Part shown: piece by piece, positions 47,465 through 54,596 of the stretch
How positions within the stretch are numbered: position 1 is the stretch's first letter
Layout: each line of letters opens with the position of its first letter
NCBI GenBank assembly: GCA_018398765.1
Contig: JAHBMJ010000171.1
Span: 1 to 54,596, forward strand
Length of the DNA: 54,596 bases
Direction of reading: 5' to 3'
Origin: Chromera velia
Lineage: Eukaryota
The notes under the pieces: generated by a model
What the model was told of the DNA's origin: nothing
Databases searched by the model: none
What the model saw: only the letters and a program-made list of their open reading frames with translations
Translations under genes and position numbers: made by a program

Positions 47465-47699
47465 AAGGGGCGGTGTCATAGCCGCTGTACGGACAGTATG
47501 GGATAGAAGTGAGGGAAAGAGAGGGACATCTGATCAGTACAGTAACAATATCCTTAAAAGAATGATGTCCAGTAGAGGGGCTAGCAGCATATCAGCCTCT
47601 TCTAGAGGACGCTCGGGCCGCAGCGGGGGGCTTTTAGGAGCATTGGGTGCACAGCAAAAAAGAAAGCACGAAAACAACACAGAGGAAGGAGATGATTCT

Positions 47700-47895
47700 G
47701 ATTGAATGAATGAATAAATTATAAATGACCAAGGCAGTGAATGAGTGAGGGAGGGAGTAAGTAAGTGAGGTGAGGGAGGTGAGCGGAGGTGAGTGGGGTG
47801 GGTGGGTGAGTGAGGTAAGTGAGTAAGTAAGTGAGCAAATAAGTAGGTAAGGTGAGTGAAGGAAGTGAGTGAATGAATGAGTAAATAAGGTGAGT
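47700..47895. repeat. Degenerate (GAGT/GAAT)n array
   Basis: Directly visible. Confidence 0.85.
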
Positions 47896-49384
47896 CTGAC
47901 CTTCAACGACTCTGAAGATTTCAAGCTAGTGGCTGCTAGTCACTTTGAAAGTCTAGGATTACTTCAAAGTTTGTTTAACACTTTCATCATACCTAACTTA
48001 CTCAAACTATTTCATCACACCTATTATGACACAATTATTTATGTCACTAGTACTAGTGTATAGGGTATTGTATCACAATTTTAATTGTCTCACACTATAG
48101 TTTCAATGTATACGTGTTTGGCAGCGTGATGTTGTTCGTTTGCGCAATGCGGAAGGTGGTTATACAGATGTGCATGGAGCAATTAGAAGGGTCTGAAACT
48201 TTTGAGCCGGTTAAGCCAGTCCGCGCGATTCCGGCGGCGCCCAGGGCCCAGAAAGGTACCAAATTGGTCCCCAGAGGCCGAGGAGTGCGTTGGTGCAAGA
48301 ATTTGGGCGAAAACTTTCCGGGGCCACTCTCAAAATCCCGAAATTGTGCTTAGAATGCTCAAAAAGCATACCAACACACAGAGAAGGGTCATTTCGTCCT
48401 CTTGTCCCTTCCTGTCTACCTTGTTGTGTAGAGCAGTACCGATGGTCAAACTGGCATAATCCCGCTCCGCTAGTACTACACAGCTTGCCTCTTTATCAGG
48501 GTGAAGTCTTGTGGTGTAGTTGATCTGCTTTGGCATGTCTGGCAGCTCCAGTCTGGACCAGTCAGGAAAGTACCTCCCAGGCCTCCAAAGCAACATTCCT
48601 TCTTTCTACCAGGAGGCCGCAAAATCGATCCCCAGCAATTTTGCCCAATGCCCTATGTCTGTTGTCATCCTCCCAGGCCAGCGGGATAGGTTCCTGGTGA
48701 GTCTGCTGCTAGGTCTGCTGGTTGTAGGAAGGCGAGATTGTTTTGTGTTCCTGTAACAGTTGTGGAGAATTGGTGTCTCAGGGGTATTAATCGACCTCCA
48801 ACTCCCCCGGTAAGTGGTTCTGTCCTGCTCTTTCCCTCCAGACAGGAGCATATGAGTGTTGGGCAGTACCTTCGTGCAATGGCTGCAGGTTTAAAGTGCT
48901 CAAGAAGGAAAAAGCCCTTCCGGCAATTTGACATAGGGCGCCATCTGGAGTGTATCTTTCTGTTCATGAGCAGACTTATCAGTTGAAGTCCACAGTGCAT
49001 CAACCATTCCTTATCCCCTGTTAGAACTAAGTTACCTGGACCAGATGGAGCATGTTGGTATGCATTTTATCATCATTGATATACCACAGCCCTTTCTGAA
49101 CTTCTGAGTCCAGGAAGGCCACTTTGGCCTCTTCAGGTGTCAGACCTCAGACGTCCGTTCTTTGGACTCCCTGTGAGTCTGGGAGTCGTTTTTTCTACAC
49201 TAAGCAGCTAGAGAGAGTCTAGAGAGGCGAACTGACGTCTCCTAGGGTCGTTGGTTTGAGTCCAGGAGGGAAAAGGGAACAGAGGGCTGTTCCTTTTCCC
49301 CTCGAAATTTTTAAGCCGGTTAAGGTCTGGCGGCGGGTTCTAATTGGTCCATGCACATTTGTATGACCCGCTGCCGCGTTGCGT

Positions 49385-49865
49385 GTGGTGAGTGAATGGG
49401 TGAATGAATGAGTGAGTGAGTGAGTGACTAATTGAGTGATTGGGTGAGTGAGTGAGTGAGTGAGTGAGTGAGTGACATCTATGAGTTGGCAAGCTATTTA
49501 AAACAGTAAAAATAGTTGAAAAAATAGTAAAAATAGTTCAAATAGTTACTATTTTTACTATTTACTACATCAAATAGTAAAATAGTTAGCTATTTTTACT
49601 ATTTAAATAGTAAAATAGTGCTATTTTACTATTAAAATAGTAAAAATATCTAACTATTATGAACTATTTTACTATTTGACGTAGCGAATAGTAAAAATAG
49701 TCACTATTTTCACTATTTTTACTGTCATAGCAAGCCGACTCATAGATGGAGTGAGTGAATGAGTAAATGCATGAGTGAGTTAGATGAGTGAGTGACAGTG
49801 AGTGAGTGCTAAAATGAGTGACTGAGTACGTGAGTGACTGAGGTAGGTGAGTGAGTGAGTGACTA
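49385..49865. repeat. (GAGT)n array interrupted by a MITE
   Basis: Directly visible on both sides of 49476-49748. Confidence 0.9.
49476..49748. mobile_element. Foldback MITE, CACTA/CMC-like
   Basis: TIR catctatgagttggc/gccgactcatagatg; internal atagtaaaaatag repeats in both orientations; possible 2-bp TSD ga. Confidence 0.8.
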
Positions 49866-52499
49866 GCCCGTGCACTATAAAATTCTAAAAAAAAAAATAA
49901 AAAAATAAAGGTCTTATTTGTTTTTTTTTTAGAAGTTTACAAAATTAAAGCTGTTAGTAAAGCACTTCAAACTATATGTGAATATAGCAGAACAGTTCAA
50001 ACTTTAAGGACTGTGAAGACTTTAAATCACTTTGAAAGTCTAGGATCACTTAAATTTTTCTCTAATAATTTTATCACACTTAAGTTATTCTAACTATTTC
50101 GTCACACCTATTGTGACACAAGTAATGCATATCATATCCAGGAAGCATATTTTTAACACAATCATCATGGGCTTGTGGCATCCTAGTAAAAGTAATCTAA
50201 CATTAGACTAGAAGATAACTTCCTATTTATACATAGCTCTGTCGTTTTGCTTTATATGTCAAATATGTAAAATTGAAAAAATGGTAGTCTAGGAGCGCTC
50301 TACGAATTAAAAAAAAAATTTAGGACTTCAAACTAAATTTTTGACCCAATGTGAGGCCCGTAGGACCCAACTAATTAGTATAAGTCTTCACTAAGTCTAT
50401 TTAACCATCTTAGTCCAACGCCACCCCTTTTTTCTGATAAACTCAAATCTCCGTTTTTTTCAAAAAAAAAAAAAATATGCATTAATTTTGTCCCCCTAGG
50501 TGTGAAGCGCTCAACATTAATTCATTAATTGAATCAAAACGTCAAAAAGATATAAATCAATTTTATATAAAAATACTTTGAATAATTTGTGATGCAATGA
50601 TACTGTTTGATGTGGGTTAACGTTTGAGATTGATTTTATTTTCATCATAGTGAGTCTATGAAATTTCTGTTTTTTGTTTTTCAGTTTTTTTCAAAAAAAT
50701 CATAGAGTGCTGACACATATTGCTGTAAGGCTTTGCTTACAACAATAATACAGTTGAAAAGCGTCAACGTTTTTCTTTCATTACTGTAAACTTGTGCGGC
50801 TGTTTGTTATCTATTAGAATTATTTTGGTTTTAAAAAGTTTTTACAAGTAGAAATTGAAACATCGATATCGGCTAGATGGTTAAGCACGGGGTTCCGGGT
50901 CAGTCCATTCTTCTCAGCCCACTAAACAGAAACAATGCCCCAATCTGTAATCTAAAGGCAGACATTGCGTTCTTGCAGCAGCTTCTCCTAGACCTGTTCT
51001 GTTGTAAAACAGACTCCAAAAACTTAAAAAGAGGGAAAGCTTTGTAAACACAAAACCTATGGTGGGCCTAGGGGAATCTGTAGAGGCGTGAGTCTGTCTG
51101 GCTATGCTAGCTGCGGTCAATCTTCTTCTTAGAAGGACATCAAAATTTATTCTTTCAATAATGCGCGCATGAGTGCGTGCTCGGGTTCTGGCCCCCCCCC
51201 CTCTCGATCCTCAACTCCTGCAGCCCTCATGCTAGATCTTCGATTTTCCTCCCCAGCCCCTTTCCTTCCTCCTGGGTAAAGAATTTTCTGTTCAATCCAG
51301 GGGGACCTTCGGACGACTCTCTCAGTATCTAAACCAAAAAACTTTTTATCACTGGGCCGTCGTCAGGAATCATGGTGGCAGAGGAATCCAATCACAGGGG
51401 GATAACAGAAAGGAGTCTCAGAAACGGGGATAGAGAGCGAAACCGAAATCACCACCATGCAGGGAGACGGGAGCAGAAAAGCAATCCCCTCCTGGTAAGG
51501 AGTGCAGTCTACAGGGTAGGAACCCTACAGAACACTTCCCTGAATATCGACTCCTGAGGAAGGGCTCGGCTGCTAAGTACAGTGGACAGTCAGCAGCGAA
51601 GAAAGAATACACATAAGATCAAACGAGAATCAGACGAGATGCAAGCACAGTCAACATAGTGACTTCGCTTCCCTGGGGCTGACTAGCTGGGCTACTATGT
51701 GGCAAGGCGCGCACTAAACTCTATTCAGTATTCACTGGCCCTTAATAGATCGAAATTGGAGTCTAGATCAAAATTATATAAACAGAGTGTTTGTTATTGT
51801 AAATTAAAAGGTTTATAGACCCTAATATGATAGAGATCGATGGTTTGAAGCTTTGAATCTCTCAAAAATGAGTTTGAATATCTAAAATTAAAGTGAACGA
51901 AACTTAATTAACATTTAGAGTCTAGAATTTTGGACTCAGAATTATTATTTTAGAACACTTTCTTAATTTATGTTTGATCTATATCCTATTGTATTTAGGA
52001 GTAATTAGAAGAATTGGAATGCTTGATTCTATGAATCCTTCTCTGACAGTTTCATAACGGGAACTACCTTTTGATATAAGAAGACACCTGCTCATAATTT
52101 TCTGAAGAAAAATGGTTGAGAAATAAAGGAGATCTGGTTATCCAAATATCTTTACCGTCTCCGTCTGTTTCTTTTCCAAACATCACTCTGCTGGGCCGGT
52201 TTCTGTGTCCGCTTGCCACTCTCTTTGCTCCCGGAAGGAGCGGAGGCGCAGAAGCGTAGCCACCGGTGGGGAAGCGAAAGGACCCGCCGAACCCAGCTAC
52301 ATGAGCAACCGATACACGGCCACGCAGGGCCGAACATATACGCATAGCTCAGATTGAGCATAAAATTCCTCGGTGCTGCTTTTATCTCTATTGAATAAAC
52401 CCATCGAGACTCGACAAGGGAGCAGCATCCATGTCGCAGTCTCCTGAATATAAGTACTCTTCTCCTTCCCCATCTCGACATGAGCTCTCTGATAAGAGA

Positions 52500-53580
52500 G
52501 CTAGGCCGTCTCCTCCTCCGTTTTCAATTAACATCTCCTACTCCTCCATCTTCAACCACTGACTACCATCGCCCAGGACGTCAAAAAATATTAAAAGGCC
52601 AGTCAAAGAGTAAGGCAGATGACGCCAGCGAAGTGGGCCTGTCCACAGCCAAGGGAGCCTCCCCAGCGGGGCAGCTAACTCTCCACCACCATGTGCATCC
52701 CCCTGCAAGTCCGCCTCTCAGCCAGATGGGCCCCCTAATCAGACTGAAAAAAACTACCCCGCCCTTTTTACGGTAGGGAGAGCATAGGAAGCGATAACAG
52801 TTGGGCTCTCTCCACCCACCCAGCCAGTCACAGTGTGCGCGTGGGGCCCAGTGGGGAGGGACAAAGAGAAGGAGAGGAGGTGGATGGACGCTGCAGCACT
52901 GGCTGCAAACGCATGCCAGACAGACCCACCCCGGGTGGAGCAGGGCAGAATTAAAAGGGCGCAATGGTGGGAGGAGGAGAGGAAGGGATACGCCAAAGCG
53001 GTTAGAAGGGCGAGGAAGGAAGCGAAGGAGTGGAGGGCGGAGCAACAAAGGCAGCCGCCACCCAGCTCTAGCTTCATTATAGTAGAAGTCCGCACCCTTC
53101 CAAACCCCCCCGCCCAAGATACCACAAAATTTAATCCTCCCCCTTCCAATTCAAGAACCTTTCGGACCCTCTAGGCTGCGACGAGGGATGGTTGACCCAA
53201 TCAGACAGGCCAGGGAACGCCGAGCGCGAGTCAAGACAGCAACTCGCAGAGAATGGGAAGAGGAGGCAGAAAAGGAAATCCAGGAGAGGGAGGAGCGGAG
53301 AGCCAGATGGAGGAGGGGAGAGAACCCACACCCGAGGTAACCTGCACAGCCCCAGACGCCACAGATCATCAAAAAGATGGTGGAGGCAGCCATCCGCACA
53401 ACCCTCCCCGATGATGAGCGAACAGACAGGCAGGCAAGGCCGCCATCCATCACTCCAATAATCTGCCGACTAAATGTTAGCCCAGCCGGAGCCAACCTCA
53501 CACCCAATGCGGGGCTGACAGATGATGAGGCCCTCTAGAAGGGGATCGAGAACTCGCTGTCAGAGACGCTAGGCCCTGCC
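52500..53580 (+). pseudogene. Decayed coding-like region, possibly a retroelement ORF1/gag relic
   Basis: Coding-like stretches (RRWMDAALAANAC..WWEEERKGYAKAVRRARKE; PQIIKKMVEAAIRTTL) broken by stops, with no diagnostic motif. Confidence 0.25.
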
Positions 53581-53599
53581 CCTCCTACTTATTCTGACT

Positions 53600-54100
53600 T
53601 ACCTTCCTCTCCTTCCTCCGCTTCCTCTTCATCTTCCTTGTCCTCTTCCTCTTCCTCTTCCTCTTCCTCCTCCTCTTCCTCTTCCTGTTCCTCTTTTTAT
53701 TCCCCTCCCTTCTCTTTTCAGGCACCCTTAGTTCAGATTCAAGAACAGCCAGATATACAAGCAGGCACAGACAGACAGACAGAAAGCCAAGCATGGACAG
53801 TAGTCAAAGCAAAAAGGCAGACCAGAGCAGCCGCAGTGCAGGCGTAAACGGAAACAGGCGAAAGATAGTAAGACAAGACAGACTCAGGCAGCCACAAACA
53901 GCGACAGAGAGACACAGAAAGCCGGAGGCAGACACAGACAGCTACAGGCAGACACAGACAGATGCAGGCAGCCACAGATAGATACAGACAGACGCAGACA
54001 AACGCAGACAGACACAGACAGACGCAGATTCAGACAGATGTAGATAAATACAGCCAATGATAGCAAGACATAGAAAGAAACAGCCAGCAACAGAAAGACA
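53600..54100. repeat. (CCTCTT)n and degenerate (CAGA)n arrays
   Basis: Directly visible. Confidence 0.85.
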
Positions 54101-54596
54101 GCAGGAGGGGAGTCCGACGGCCAAGTAAACAACTAAACACCTGTGACACGGCTGGCGGGGAGGGGGGCCCAAATATCTGAGACATGGTGGCTGGCCCTTC
54201 CTCCCCCTGCAAGCAAGAGGAGGGGGTGCGTGTTCCTCTAGGGGATTGTTGTGCGGCGGGGGAGGGGGGCCAACCCATGGCCGGACCCTCCCCCGGGCAG
54301 ATGGGGGAGTCTGGCCTCAGGGGAGAAGGAAGCGCTTAAGACAAACCCGCCGCCAGCCCGCAGGAAGGTCCCCTCACACCCATCCAAAGATACACCCACA
54401 CCCAACCCCAACCATGGCCCTCCGCATCCCCCAACCACATACCAGAACGTTTTTATATAGGCACTGTCATGCCCTCTTCATAACTCACCAGGACCCCCCC
54501 AACCCCACCACCACCCAGGAGATGGAGATTTGATAAAGCGAGCATCCCCAGACAAAACTTAAACCCTCTCCCCCTCCAACCCCCTCCCCCCCCCCC

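Noticed and set aside
52500..54596. Assignment as a LINE, DIRS or Penelope element
   Set aside because: No RT, endonuclease or recombinase motif is visible before the window ends.

Overview
Eukaryotic nuclear DNA. Microsatellite-filled introns, GTC[AG]G[TC] splice donors, TGCATGCA motifs, a hybrid histidine kinase and a SOUL gene suggest an alveolate, probably a chromerid such as Chromera (inference). The window is a mosaic. Two GC-richer islands hold intact intron-rich genes: 7.6-16.6 kb (a signal-peptide protein and two genes sharing a 6-Cys repeat) and 36.4-41.9 kb (a SOUL heme-binding protein and a divergent small Asn/Gly/Tyr-rich protein). Between them lie decayed, TpA-rich blocks with two Ty1/copia LTR retrotransposons (23284-29132 +; 42357-46347 -), a cluster of 8-bp-TSD DNA transposons/MITEs (29.7-33.0 kb), a foldback MITE, a tiny SINE-like repeat, a kinase pseudogene and a hybrid histidine kinase pseudogene. 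The main signals are: (1) RIP-like hypermutation, with 37 of 39 hand-counted LTR-pair substitutions being transitions and about half in CpA context; (2) both copia elements lack TG..CA ends, share a CAGGGGGTG tract, and have a conserved hairpin across the 5'LTR end where the tRNA primer site should be. Exon joins were read by eye and need RNA support.
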